64,000 bases of DNA from Acidimicrobiales bacterium (GCA_036493595.1 DASXPN010000067.1:4-64003), one strand, 5' to 3'. Counted from the first letter of the stretch, positions 16,263 to 25,971 are shown. Numbers and translations are program-made. The notes: a model not told the origin generated them from the sequence alone.

Positions 16263-17806
16263 GGCTTCGCGTACCGGTCGCGCAGCTCGAACTTGACGAT
16301 CTTGCCGGTCGGATTGCGCGGCAGCGCATCGACGATCTCGACTTGCTCGGGCAGCTTCTGCTTCATCAGACCGCGCTCGAGCAGGTACGCACACAGCTCG
16401 TCGAGAGACGGCGCGTCGCTCGGATCTGCAGCCACGACGACGGCGCACGCCCGTTCACCGGTGCGCTCGTCCGGCAGTCCGATGACCGCGACATCGGCGA
16501 CCTTCGGATGGGTGAACAGGTTGTCCTCCAACTCCTTGGCGGAGATGTTCTCCATGTTGCGGATGATGATGTCCTTGACCCGACCCGTGATCCGGACGTT
16601 GCCCCGCTCGTCGATGACCGCGAGGTCGCCCGTACGGAAGTAGCCACTCTCGTCGAATGCATCCGCATCGAGCGTCGAGTCGACGTAGCCCCGCATGAGC
16701 ATCGGCGCCTGGAGACGGATCTCGCCCTCTTCACCTGGCGCGGTCCGCGACCCGTCGACCTTCACCGTGACGAGGTCGACGCCGCTCACGGGCGCACCCT
16801 CGGTGTTGGCGAGATCCTCGTCGGTGTCGCGCACCGAGGCCATCGTGACGATCGGCGCCTCGGTCATGCCGTAGCCCGACACCACGCCGACTCCGCCGAG
16901 CTCGTCCTTGACGTCGTAGTGCAGCTGCGGTGGTTTCGGCGCACCCCCACCGATGAAGGCGCGCGCCTCGGGGAACAACGGCGCCGACTCGGGGTGGTTG
17001 CGTTGGTACGCGAGGTACGCCATGTGGAACGGCGTGCCCGCCCCCGCCAGCGTGACGCCGTTGCGGGCGAGCGTCGGTGGCGTCTGCTCTGCGTCGAAGC
17101 CCTCGTTGACGAGCATCGTGCAGCCGAACGCAAGCGCGCTGAACACGTACACCGCGCCGGCGACGTGGGTGAAGGGGAACACGCAGCCGATGCGGTCGCG
17201 CTCGGTGACCTCCAATCGCTCGCACATGCCGACCGCGGCCGCCTTGATGGTCGCGTCCGTGTGCTGCGCGCCCTTCGGATCCGCCGTCGTACCGGACGTG
17301 TAGTAGTACCAGCGCACCGGAAGGTCGGCGGGATCGTCGGGCGTCTCCGGTGGCGCGGGCAGCAGCTGCGGATCACCCTGGGGCAGCGCCCGGTTGGCAA
17401 CGAGCACGTCAAGGCCGGGTTGGCCGGCCGCGATCTCCTTGGCCATCTCCTCGTAATCGAAGTTTCGCCACGCACCTGGAACCACCAGCAGCCGCGACCC
17501 CGCCTGCTTCGTGATGAAGCCGACCTCACGCTGGCGGTAGATCGGCAGCATCGGGTTCTGCACGGCTCCGAGCCGTGACAGCGCGGACACGAGTGCGAGT
17601 GACTCGAGCCACGTCGGCAGCTGCCACGACACCACGTCGCCCAAGCCGATGCCGAGGCGGGCGAGTCCGGCGGCGGTGCGTTCCGCCTCGGCCCGATACT
17701 CGGCGAACGTCATGGTGCGGTCGCTTTCGTCGATGGCCATGACTGCGTCCGGCGAGGCATCGACGCGTTTGTCGAGCAGCTCCCAGAGCGTGCGGCCGTC
17801 GATCAT
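16259..17806 (-). CDS. AMP-dependent acyl-CoA ligase (FadD-like)
   Basis: YYYTSGTTADPKGAQH AMP-binding motif, GYGMTE, TGDLAVIDERGNVRITGRVKD. ATG at 17806 preceded by GGAGGA. Confidence 0.85.
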   Translation of the reverse strand: MIDGRTLWELLDKRVDASPDAVMAIDESDRTMTFAEYRAEAERTAAGLARLGIGLGDVVSWQLPTWLESLALVSALSRLGAVQNPMLPIYRQREVGFITKQAGSRLLVVPGAWRNFDYEEMAKEIAAGQPGLDVLVANRALPQGDPQLLPAPPETPDDPADLPVRWYYYTSGTTADPKGAQHTDATIKAAAVGMCERLEVTERDRIGCVFPFTHVAGAVYVFSALAFGCTMLVNEGFDAEQTPPTLARNGVTLAGAGTPFHMAYLAYQRNHPESAPLFPEARAFIGGGAPKPPQLHYDVKDELGGVGVVSGYGMTEAPIVTMASVRDTDEDLANTEGAPVSGVDLVTVKVDGSRTAPGEEGEIRLQAPMLMRGYVDSTLDADAFDESGYFRTGDLAVIDERGNVRITGRVKDIIIRNMENISAKELEDNLFTHPKVADVAVIGLPDERTGERACAVVVAADPSDAPSLDELCAYLLERGLMKQKLPEQVEIVDALPRNPTGKIVKFELRDRYAKP

Positions 17807-17834
17807 GAACTGATCCTCCAGTGCTGTCCTGGCA

Positions 17835-18461
17835 CTAGGCCGGGTTGTCCAGACCGGCCATTGCACGGAAGTCCGCCGTCGTGTTCGCGTGCGGGAACGG
17901 CTCGTCGGGCACGGCCAGGCCGAGCGCCTTGCAGATCGGCTCCCAGCCGTCGCTCGGCTTCCACTCCACGAGACGGGCCGGATCAGCGTTGGCGCGGACA
18001 TCGGCGTTGTGTCGCTCGTAGGCCGCGATGGCCTCGCCCTTGTCACCGACATTCGCCGTGAACCGGTGGCGGAAGATCGCATCGACCATCGCCACCCATT
18101 CGGCCGGCATGTCCTGTGGCCCTCGATCCATGACCGCGAAGATCGTCTCGCTCGCGCTCTTCCACCACGCCTCGGAGCTCTCACGGGTCGACAACAGGAT
18201 GACCGCGTCCGGGTTCGCGTCGGCCATCTCCCTCCAGAACGAGCCGCCGGGCCAGTCGACGCATGCGACGAAGCCCTCGGGGAACGACGCGAAATCGACG
18301 GGTTCGTCTTCGGCCGCTCGCCGCCACACATCCACATCGTCGGGGCGCCCGAACACCTCGATCATGTGGTAACAGGGTCCGCCGAGCAGCTGCTCGAGCG
18401 CCATTTTCAGCGAGTTGGTCCCGGTACGCCCGAGTCCCGCGCCCACCACACGTAACGTCAC
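17835..18461 (-). CDS. Sulfotransferase-family protein (Sulfotransfer_4-like)
   Basis: GLGRTGTNSLKMALEQL PAPS 5'-phosphosulfate-binding-type loop, ILLSTRESSEAWWKS, YERHNADVR, WEPICKALGLAVPDEPFPHANT. GTG at 18461 overlaps the upstream stop (GTGA). Confidence 0.7.
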   Translation of the reverse strand: MTLRVVGAGLGRTGTNSLKMALEQLLGGPCYHMIEVFGRPDDVDVWRRAAEDEPVDFASFPEGFVACVDWPGGSFWREMADANPDAVILLSTRESSEAWWKSASETIFAVMDRGPQDMPAEWVAMVDAIFRHRFTANVGDKGEAIAAYERHNADVRANADPARLVEWKPSDGWEPICKALGLAVPDEPFPHANTTADFRAMAGLDNPA

Positions 18462-20038
18462 GCTTCGGCCTCCTTGATCGCGACTTCCTTGGCCCAGGCA
18501 TAGTCCGCCTTGCCGACCGGTGATCGTTGCACGGTCTCGACGGTGACGACGGCACGCGGGACCTTGTAGCCGGCGAGCTGGCCTCGGCAGTGCGCGACAA
18601 CCGTGTCACGATCGAGCGCGTGCCCGTCGGTCACCTGCACCACCGCAGTGACCCGCTCGCCCCAACGAGGATCGGGCACACCGACGACGATGACGTCGTA
18701 CACCGCCGGGTGACCGAGCAACACGCCCTCGACCTCTTCGGGGAAGACCTTCTCGCCGCCGGTGTTGATGCACATCGACCCACGGCCGAGCAACTGGATC
18801 GAACCGTCGTCGAGCACGGTCGCCACGTCGCCCGTGAGCACCCACCGCTCCCCGTCGCGCTCGACGAACGTCGCCGCCGTCTTCTCGGGATCGTTGTGGT
18901 ACCGCAGCGGGATGTGGCCGCGGCGGGCGACTCGTCCTTCTCCACCTGAGCCGGCAGTGACGATCTCGAGCGTCTCCGGATCGAGGACGAGGGTCTCGTC
19001 GTCGAAGCTGGCGAACTTGCCGCCGCCGAAGCTGCGCGCCTGCGCGCCGGTCTCCGACGCGCCGTAACCGTCGTTCAGGATGACGTGCGGGAAGGTGGTG
19101 GCGAGCTCTTCGCGTCCGGCGCTCGACAAAGGCGCGCCGCCGGAGCCGATGGAGATGAGTGAGGACGCGTCGTACTCGCCGGGTCGGGCCTTGTACTCGT
19201 CGATCAGGGGACGAGCAACGGCGTCGCCGATGATCGTCAGCACCTGCACCTTGTGCTCGCTGATGAGGCGCCAGACCTCTGCGTAGTCCGTGCGCGGCCT
19301 TGATGCAGTCAGCAGGTTCGTGCCGCCGCCCATGAGCCATGCAAACACCGTCCATTGCGCGGCGCCGTGCATCAACGGCGCCAACGGAAAGAACATGAAC
19401 GTGCCGCCGATGCGTTCGGGCATCTCGTCGGGCGTCTTGACGGGATTGGCGCGCGTGAAATCGCCACCACCGAAGCACGAGTAGAACGCGTCCTCCTGGC
19501 GCCACACGACACCCTTCGGCATGCCCGTCGTGCCGCCGGTGTAGATGATGTAGAAGTCGTCGCCACTGCGCTGCACCTCGACCCGCTCCGGCGACGACTC
19601 GGCCAACGCCTTTTCGTAGTCGGAGTCGGAGTCGCCGCTCACCGCGAGCGTGGTCGTCAGCAACGGCAAGCCGTCGCGTACGGCTTCGATGCGAGGCGTG
19701 AACTCCGCGTCGTGCACGAGCGCCTTGAGGTCGGCGTCACGGAACAGGTACCGCAGCTCGTCCTCGACATAGCGGTAGTTCACGTTGATGGGAACTGCGC
19801 GCAGCTTGAACGCCGCGTACATCGTCTCGACGTACTCGGTGCCGTTGAACATGTAGCAGCCGACGTGGTCGCCCGGCCCGATCCCCTTGCTCGCCAGCCA
19901 CGCCGCCAGCCGGTTGGCCCGCGCCTCGAGCTCTGCGTACGTGAGACTGCGGGCCGGCGTGATCAGAGCCGGCCGGTCGGGGACACGATCGACGGCAGCC
20001 TCGGTGAGGTCGGCCAGGTTGAACGTCAACACGGGCAT
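18458..20038 (-). CDS. AMP-dependent acyl-CoA ligase (FadD-like)
   Basis: IIYTGGTTGMPKGVVW, GYGASETG, TGDVATVLDDGSIQLLGRGS. ATG at 20038, 4 nt after the upstream stop. Confidence 0.85.
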   Translation of the reverse strand: MPVLTFNLADLTEAAVDRVPDRPALITPARSLTYAELEARANRLAAWLASKGIGPGDHVGCYMFNGTEYVETMYAAFKLRAVPINVNYRYVEDELRYLFRDADLKALVHDAEFTPRIEAVRDGLPLLTTTLAVSGDSDSDYEKALAESSPERVEVQRSGDDFYIIYTGGTTGMPKGVVWRQEDAFYSCFGGGDFTRANPVKTPDEMPERIGGTFMFFPLAPLMHGAAQWTVFAWLMGGGTNLLTASRPRTDYAEVWRLISEHKVQVLTIIGDAVARPLIDEYKARPGEYDASSLISIGSGGAPLSSAGREELATTFPHVILNDGYGASETGAQARSFGGGKFASFDDETLVLDPETLEIVTAGSGGEGRVARRGHIPLRYHNDPEKTAATFVERDGERWVLTGDVATVLDDGSIQLLGRGSMCINTGGEKVFPEEVEGVLLGHPAVYDVIVVGVPDPRWGERVTAVVQVTDGHALDRDTVVAHCRGQLAGYKVPRAVVTVETVQRSPVGKADYAWAKEVAIKEAEA

Positions 20039-20042
20039 GGTT

Positions 20043-20975
20043 CTACTTGACCGCGACCGGGTTGACCGGCGAGCCGACCGCACCGGTGAAGGGCAGCGGC
20101 GACGCTTCGAGCAGGAAGTCGTACGTGCCGTCCTGGTCGCAGCCGGCCGCGAGCGCTTCGAGGTCGAAGTTCTGCCCTTGTGTCATCCCCATGTCACGAA
20201 GGTGCAGGAGATGGACCGGGAACAGCAGGTCCTCGCGCTCACCGGGGTAGACCTCGAACGCGACGGTGTCCGTCGCGACCGCGGCCACGTCGCGGTCGCG
20301 GAACCATGTCGCGGTCGCCATCGTGAGACCAGGCTGGTGACCGCCGGTGTAGGTCTGGCGATCACGCGCCTTGAAGAGCTGCATGTTGCCGGTGCGAACG
20401 AGCACCACATCACCCGGCTCGATGGTCAGCCGGGTGAGCGCGACAGCCGCATCCAAGTCGGCCGCCGTGATGCCGTAGCCGCCGTCGAGCCGCTCGCGAC
20501 CGAGAGCGCGAGCGACGTCGAGCAACACGCCTCTCGTGGTCAACGTCGTGATCCGCGAGATGCCGCACCGGGTCGCCCCCGCTTCCGCGGTCACAGCCGA
20601 CGCAGGGAAGCCGTTGTAGAGCCGGCCGCCATAGCTCACGTGGCTCAGCGCGTCCCAATGTGTCGCCGCCTGCAGGCCCATGGTGACGATGTCGTCGCTC
20701 GTGCAGAAGCCGTCCGCCGAACCCTGATACTCCGCGTTCACCGCGACCATCGCGTGCAGCGGGTTGATGCGCCCCGGTATCGACCCGATCTGCGGGCTGT
20801 GCTGGTCGAACCGCACCGCGAGTGAGAACCGCTCGCCCGTTCGCACGGCAGCGGCGCCCCGCCGCACCGCGTCCGCGTCGATCAGGTTGAGCGTGCCGAT
20901 CTCGTCGTCGTCGCCCCACCGTCCCCAGTTCGAGACCCGCGCCGCGAGCTCGAGAAAATCGCCGGGCAGTGTCAC
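20043..20975 (-). CDS. Cyclase-family protein (kynurenine formamidase-like fold)
   Basis: GLQAATHWDALSHV metal motif, GVLLDVAR, EPGDVVLVRTG. GTG at 20975 overlaps the upstream stop (GTGA). Confidence 0.65.
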   Translation of the reverse strand: MTLPGDFLELAARVSNWGRWGDDDEIGTLNLIDADAVRRGAAAVRTGERFSLAVRFDQHSPQIGSIPGRINPLHAMVAVNAEYQGSADGFCTSDDIVTMGLQAATHWDALSHVSYGGRLYNGFPASAVTAEAGATRCGISRITTLTTRGVLLDVARALGRERLDGGYGITAADLDAAVALTRLTIEPGDVVLVRTGNMQLFKARDRQTYTGGHQPGLTMATATWFRDRDVAAVATDTVAFEVYPGEREDLLFPVHLLHLRDMGMTQGQNFDLEALAAGCDQDGTYDFLLEASPLPFTGAVGSPVNPVAVK

Positions 20976-22096
20976 GCGCCCGCGGCGGCCTCGCGGTAGC
21001 GAGTGGTGGAGTGCACCGGATCCTTGTCGAACTGCGGCAGCACCTCCTTGCCGAACAGCTCCATCGACGCGACGACCACATCGGTCGACAGGGTGTTGGT
21101 GGTGGGGCTGAACGTCAACTGGTCGACGCCGATGTCGGCCCACCGCTGAATCGCCTTGGCGCAGTCATCCGGATCGCCGACCACCGCGTAACCGGCCGCG
21201 GTCGCCTTCTCGATCTGGCCGGGCGTCGGCTCGGGCAGGATCTCGGGCCACTTGGGGAAACCGTCGGGCGTCGGGATGTTGTCGAGCCAATGGTGCATGA
21301 GGCTCGTGTAGTAGTTCATCTTCATGTCGGCCGCGGCGCGGAACGCCTCGTTGCGGTCCTCCATGCACACGAGGTTGGTCACCGCCATGATGTTGTCGTT
21401 GACGTAGTCGCCGACCGGCGTCGCGTTCTCGATGGCGTTCTTGTAGTTCTTCACCAGCGGCTCGATCTCGCGCGGCGAGCCTTCGGAGAAGCAGAACGCG
21501 CCGAGTCCGAGCGATCCCGCCTCACCGAACGTCGGGGGCGAGCCGGCTGCGACCCACATCGCAGGGTGCGCGGGACCATGCGGCTTCGGGAACACTTCGC
21601 GCTCGGGCATGCGGAAGAACTTGCCCTCGTAGCTGTACGTGCCCGCCTTCCACATCTTCGGGATCTCGGTGATCGTCTCGCGCCACATCTCCTTGGTCAG
21701 GGAGAGATCCTCGATGCCGAACCCGAACACCTCGGTCGTCGACGAACCGCGCCCGGTGCCGAACTCGAAGCGGTTGTCGAGGAGGTGATCCATCAACGCC
21801 ACCGTCTCCGCGACGCGAGCGGGCTTGTTGACCGGCGGCGTGATGTTGAAGATCGCCGAGCCGAGATGGATGCGCTCCGTCTGTGCGCCAACGTAGGACA
21901 GGAACACCTCGGGGCCTGGCATGTGCGAGTACTCGTCGAGGAAGTGATGCTCCGGGCACCACACGTACTTCAAGCCGTTGCGCTCGGCCGCGAGCGATAT
22001 CTCGACGTTGCGCATGATGCGCTTGTGCTCCGCCGCGGGATCGACGTCGCGCTCGAATCGAGGCACGAACAACTGGGCGAAGATGCCGAACTCCAT
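20972..22096 (-). CDS. LLM-class flavin-dependent oxidoreductase (luciferase-like monooxygenase)
   Basis: MEFGIFAQLFVP..YVWCPEHHFLDEYSHMPGPEVFLSYVGAQTERIHLGSAI..FEFGTGRG. ATG at 22096 preceded by AGGAGA. Confidence 0.85.
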   Translation of the reverse strand: MEFGIFAQLFVPRFERDVDPAAEHKRIMRNVEISLAAERNGLKYVWCPEHHFLDEYSHMPGPEVFLSYVGAQTERIHLGSAIFNITPPVNKPARVAETVALMDHLLDNRFEFGTGRGSSTTEVFGFGIEDLSLTKEMWRETITEIPKMWKAGTYSYEGKFFRMPEREVFPKPHGPAHPAMWVAAGSPPTFGEAGSLGLGAFCFSEGSPREIEPLVKNYKNAIENATPVGDYVNDNIMAVTNLVCMEDRNEAFRAAADMKMNYYTSLMHHWLDNIPTPDGFPKWPEILPEPTPGQIEKATAAGYAVVGDPDDCAKAIQRWADIGVDQLTFSPTTNTLSTDVVVASMELFGKEVLPQFDKDPVHSTTRYREAAAGA

Positions 22097-22110
22097 GGAC
22101 TCGCTGTCTC

Positions 22111-23187
22111 CTAGGTGAGGTTCACGTCGAGCACGCCGCGGTTGAGCTTGCCGGCGTGCATGTCGTCGAGGGCCTGGCCGATGTCGCCGAGCGGGTAGCG
22201 CTGGCTCACCATCTCGTCGAGCTGCAAGCGTCCGTCCTGGTAGAAGCGGACGAGCAGCGGGATGTCGTGGTGCGGGCGCGTCGAGCCGTAGCGGCAGCCC
22301 AGGATCGACTTGTCGTTGTAGAGCGTGTTGACCACGAAACTTGCTTCGGTGCCGAGCTTCGGGACCCCGAGCAACGTGCAGGTGCCGCCCCAGTCGAGCA
22401 GATCGACGGCATTGCGGATGAGCGCGGGATGGCCGACGCACTCGAAGACGTGGTCGACGCCGTTCGGCAGGCCGAGATCCTTCACCGCCGCGACCAGATC
22501 GCCGACCGCGGTGCCGTCGATGAAGTCAGACGCCCCGAACTGGCGGGCCACGGCTTCCTTCGCGGGGTTGGCGTCGACAACCACGATGCGGCCGCTGGCG
22601 GCGATGCGCGCCGCCTGGATGACGGACTGGCCGATGCCGCCGGCGCCGATGACGACGACGGTCTGCCCTGGTTGCACCTTCGCCCGGTTGAGCACCGCGC
22701 CCGTACCGGTGACGACCGCGCAACCGATGAGACACGCCACTTCCAGTGGGACGTCCTTGTCGATGACAATCGCTTGGGTCTCGTTCACCACGGTGTGCTC
22801 GCTGAACACGCCCGCGTTGGCGAACTGGAACGCCTTCTCACCGCCGACCGTGAACGGGCGTGGCAGGCGACCGAACGTGTCGCGGCAGTGCGTCGGCTGG
22901 CCGCGGTCGCACGCATCGCACTGGCCGCAGTTGCCGAGCGTCGTGAGCACGACGTGGTCGCCGACCGCGACCTTGCGTACCGCGCTGCCGACCTCTTCGA
23001 CGACACCCGCGCCCTCGTGTCCCATCACGACCGGCGTCGGGAACGGGATGGTGCCGTCGATCACCGACACGTCGCTGTGACACAGGCCGGCGTTGACGAT
23101 ACGGACCTTCACCTCGTGCGGCTGCGGCGCCCGCACCTCGACGTCGTCTCGAACCTCGAGCGCGCCCGTCCAGACGATGGCCTTCAT
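22111..23187 (-). CDS. Zn-dependent alcohol dehydrogenase (MDR family)
   Basis: GLCHSDVSV, GHEGAGVVEEVG, GNCGQCDACDRG structural-zinc loop, VVVIGAGGIGQS Rossmann motif. ATG overlaps the upstream stop (ATGA). Confidence 0.9.
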   Translation of the reverse strand: MKAIVWTGALEVRDDVEVRAPQPHEVKVRIVNAGLCHSDVSVIDGTIPFPTPVVMGHEGAGVVEEVGSAVRKVAVGDHVVLTTLGNCGQCDACDRGQPTHCRDTFGRLPRPFTVGGEKAFQFANAGVFSEHTVVNETQAIVIDKDVPLEVACLIGCAVVTGTGAVLNRAKVQPGQTVVVIGAGGIGQSVIQAARIAASGRIVVVDANPAKEAVARQFGASDFIDGTAVGDLVAAVKDLGLPNGVDHVFECVGHPALIRNAVDLLDWGGTCTLLGVPKLGTEASFVVNTLYNDKSILGCRYGSTRPHHDIPLLVRFYQDGRLQLDEMVSQRYPLGDIGQALDDMHAGKLNRGVLDVNLT

Positions 23188-24950
23188 GACGCGGCCGTCG
23201 CCGCGGTGGTCGCCGCGGTGTTCGGACGGAGGACGTGACCCGGCAGGCCGGCGTCTTGTTGCAACTCGCCTTCGAGCACGATCGGCACGCCATTGACGAC
23301 GGTGGCGTGGGCGCCGTCGGGCTTGGACGTCCAGCGTCCCGCGCCGTTCGGGAAGTCGTGGACGAACTCCTTGTGCGCGGGGCCGATCGTGTCGGGGTCG
23401 AACACGTAGACGTCCGCCGCGTAGCCGGGCAGCAGCAGACCTCGATCGATGATGCCGCACAGCGCGGCGGGTATCGCAGTGATCTGGCGCACGCCTTCTT
23501 CGAGGGTGAACCCGTCCCACTCGCGCACCCAATGCTTGAGGAAGTAGCTGTGTGCCTCGGCGCCGTCGTCACGATCAAGGTGGGCGCCGCCGTCACTCGT
23601 GCCCACGAGCATGTGCGGATCGGCCTGCGCGACCCGGGTGCCGTCGATCCACTCCTGCGTCTCGGTGCGCCACAAGAACTCGGTCGTGAGGTCTTCGGAC
23701 AGCGCGATGTCGAGCATCGCGTCGGTGGGATGGACGCCGAGCTCGCTCGCAATGTCGGTGACCGAACGGCCGGCGTACTTCTCGTTCTCGGGACGGGAGA
23801 CCTTGTTGACGTGCAGCACGTCCCAGTGCGGCGGCGGCAGCGTCACCCCCTTCGCCGGATCACGGTTCGGGTCCTCGACGGAAAAGCGGATCGCGTCACG
23901 GAAGCTCGGATCGCGCAGCAACGCGATGCGGGCGTCGACGGTGGCTGCGTCGGTGAACATGCGATGGAACTCGAGCGCACCCTCGTACATGGTCGTGCCG
24001 GCCGCGAGGGTGAAGGTGCGGTTGAACGGCTTCGACATGGCGAGCGAGTAGACCGCCGCGCCCTGATCGGTGGCCTCGTCGACGAAGCGCTTCGCGTTGT
24101 CCCATCCCGCGGTGGGCGCGTCGACCTTCGAGCGTGCGCCCAAACCTTGGATGACCACCGGCAGGCGCGAGGCGAGCGACATCCGCACGAGCAGTGCTTC
24201 GTCGTCAGGCGTGATGCCACCCACTGCCGACAGCGGCAGGTAGGCGATCGACCCGCCGCGACCCGCCCGGCCGGCCGCGGCGGCGAGGCGCTCGAGTTCG
24301 GCGGTGGACGCCAGCCGGCTCGGCACCGGACGGTTGGCGGAGTCGAAGTGCGTCGGCGAATGCGTGGACGAGAAGCCGGCCGCGCCGGCATCCATCGCGT
24401 CGGCGACGATGGCCGCCATCGCGTCGATCTCGTCACCGGTCGCCTCGCGCTCTTGGCACGCGTCGCCCATCACGTACCGCCGGACGGCGCAGTGGCCCAC
24501 GTAGAACGCGGCGTTGATGCCGATGCGGCCGTCGAGCGTGCGCAGGTACTCGGGGAACGTCTCGAAGCCCTCGAAGGGGATGCCACTCAACGCCGACGCA
24601 TCCATCCCCTCGACGCGGGCGAACAGCTGGATCAACCAGTCGCTGTCGCCCGGCCGCAGCGGCGCAACCGAAAAGCCGCAGTTGCCGGCGACGACCGTCG
24701 TCACGCCGTGGAAGCAACTCGACGTCGCGTACGGCTCGAACGTGAGCTGCGGGTCGTAGTGCGTGTGCGGGTCGACGATGCCCGGTGCGACCACTCGACC
24801 GTCGGCGTCGATCTCTCGGACGCCCGTGCCGTCGACGAAGCCGACCTCGGCGATGCGACCGCCACTGACCGCCACGTCGGCCCGCCGCCGCGGTAGGCCG
24901 GTGCCGTCGACGACGACGCCGTTGCGGATCACCAGGTCGTAGGCGGCCAC
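23184..24950 (-). CDS. N-acyl-D-amino-acid deacylase-family amidohydrolase
   Basis: DLVIRNGVVVDGTG..ADVAVSGGRIAEVG..VVAPGIVDPHTHYD. 588 aa. GTG start at 24950. Confidence 0.8.
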   Translation of the reverse strand: MAAYDLVIRNGVVVDGTGLPRRRADVAVSGGRIAEVGFVDGTGVREIDADGRVVAPGIVDPHTHYDPQLTFEPYATSSCFHGVTTVVAGNCGFSVAPLRPGDSDWLIQLFARVEGMDASALSGIPFEGFETFPEYLRTLDGRIGINAAFYVGHCAVRRYVMGDACQEREATGDEIDAMAAIVADAMDAGAAGFSSTHSPTHFDSANRPVPSRLASTAELERLAAAAGRAGRGGSIAYLPLSAVGGITPDDEALLVRMSLASRLPVVIQGLGARSKVDAPTAGWDNAKRFVDEATDQGAAVYSLAMSKPFNRTFTLAAGTTMYEGALEFHRMFTDAATVDARIALLRDPSFRDAIRFSVEDPNRDPAKGVTLPPPHWDVLHVNKVSRPENEKYAGRSVTDIASELGVHPTDAMLDIALSEDLTTEFLWRTETQEWIDGTRVAQADPHMLVGTSDGGAHLDRDDGAEAHSYFLKHWVREWDGFTLEEGVRQITAIPAALCGIIDRGLLLPGYAADVYVFDPDTIGPAHKEFVHDFPNGAGRWTSKPDGAHATVVNGVPIVLEGELQQDAGLPGHVLRPNTAATTAATAAS

Positions 24951-24960
24951 CGCGGGTCAG

Positions 24961-24978
24961 ACTAGAACACGTTCTAGT
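24961..24978. promoter_or_regulatory. KstR-type operator box 1 (ACTAGAAC-AC-GTTCTAGT)
   Basis: Perfect 8+2+8 palindrome matching the mycobacterial KstR motif TnnAACnnGTTnnA. It sits in a 43-nt divergent intergenic region and overlaps TAGTCT / TAGTTT -10-like hexamers. Confidence 0.7.
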
Positions 24979-24993
24979 TTTGGGCAAGACTTC

Positions 24994-25857
24994 GTGACGG
25001 ACCGGGGAGGTGTGTACGTTCGCCGGATGGAAGCCGTCATCGCCCGCAAGATGTGGCGCACGCTCGAGCCCTACCACGGCCTCGTCTACTTCGCCCCCGA
25101 GGCGCGGGACGCGTATGCCTCGTTCGGCATCGAAGGAAGAGACGGGTACTTCGCGTCCCGGGCCGCGCCCATGGGCGCGGTCGAGCCGAGCACGGTCATC
25201 GCGACGTTCTTCAACTTCAACCCGGACCTCATCACGCACGCGTTGCCGGCGGCGTGGTCGAAGGCCTCTCCAACGCAGGTGTTGAAGGCGCGCTTCGACG
25301 GTGTGGATCAGGCGCTGCGACGGACGCTCGGTGATGCCATCGACTCGCCGTCGGTCAGCCGCGCCGCCGAACTGGCCCGCGCCGCGTCCGAAGGATGCGG
25401 CGGCGCAGGCCGTCCGCTCGCGGCCGCACACGCGTCGCTGCCGTGGCCGATGCAGCCCCATGTCGCGCTGTGGCACGCCATCTCGGTGCTCCGCGAGTTC
25501 CGCGGCGACGGACACATCGTCAGCCTCGTGGACGCGAACCTCGACCCGGTCGAGGCTCTCGTCTTCCACGCAGCGTCGGGCGAGGTCCCCCGAGCGGCAT
25601 TGCAGTCGACGCGAGCGTGGGACGACGACGCGTGGTCCGCCGCCGTACAACGGCTGCAGGCGCGCGGCCTCGTCGATGGCGACGGCTCCTTCACGGCGGA
25701 GGGAGCAGCGCTGCGCCAGTCGATCGAGGACCGAACCGACGTACTGGCGATGGCGCCTTGGGAGCACCTCGGCGAGGACGGCTGCGACGAGCTGCGGGCC
25801 CTCGTGCGCCCCCTGAGCAAGGCCGTGCTCGCCGGCACAGACTTTGAGTTTCGCTGA
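24994..25857 (+). CDS. Conserved hypothetical protein (helical, possibly winged-helix C-terminus)
   Basis: WRTLEPYHGLVYFAPEARDAYASFGI..GYFASRAAPMG pattern, common in actinobacterial hypotheticals. Start is either GTG 24994 or ATG 25027. Confidence 0.5.
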   Translation: MTDRGGVYVRRMEAVIARKMWRTLEPYHGLVYFAPEARDAYASFGIEGRDGYFASRAAPMGAVEPSTVIATFFNFNPDLITHALPAAWSKASPTQVLKARFDGVDQALRRTLGDAIDSPSVSRAAELARAASEGCGGAGRPLAAAHASLPWPMQPHVALWHAISVLREFRGDGHIVSLVDANLDPVEALVFHAASGEVPRAALQSTRAWDDDAWSAAVQRLQARGLVDGDGSFTAEGAALRQSIEDRTDVLAMAPWEHLGEDGCDELRALVRPLSKAVLAGTDFEFR

Positions 25858-25971
25858 GTCTCGTCACGAACTCACTCCCCCGCGGGTAGCTCGTACGTGC
25901 TGTTGGCTCGTCGCTGTCGCTTCCCTCGCCGACCTTGCCGGACCTCCGCCGCCGTGCCGGACGTCCAGGAC

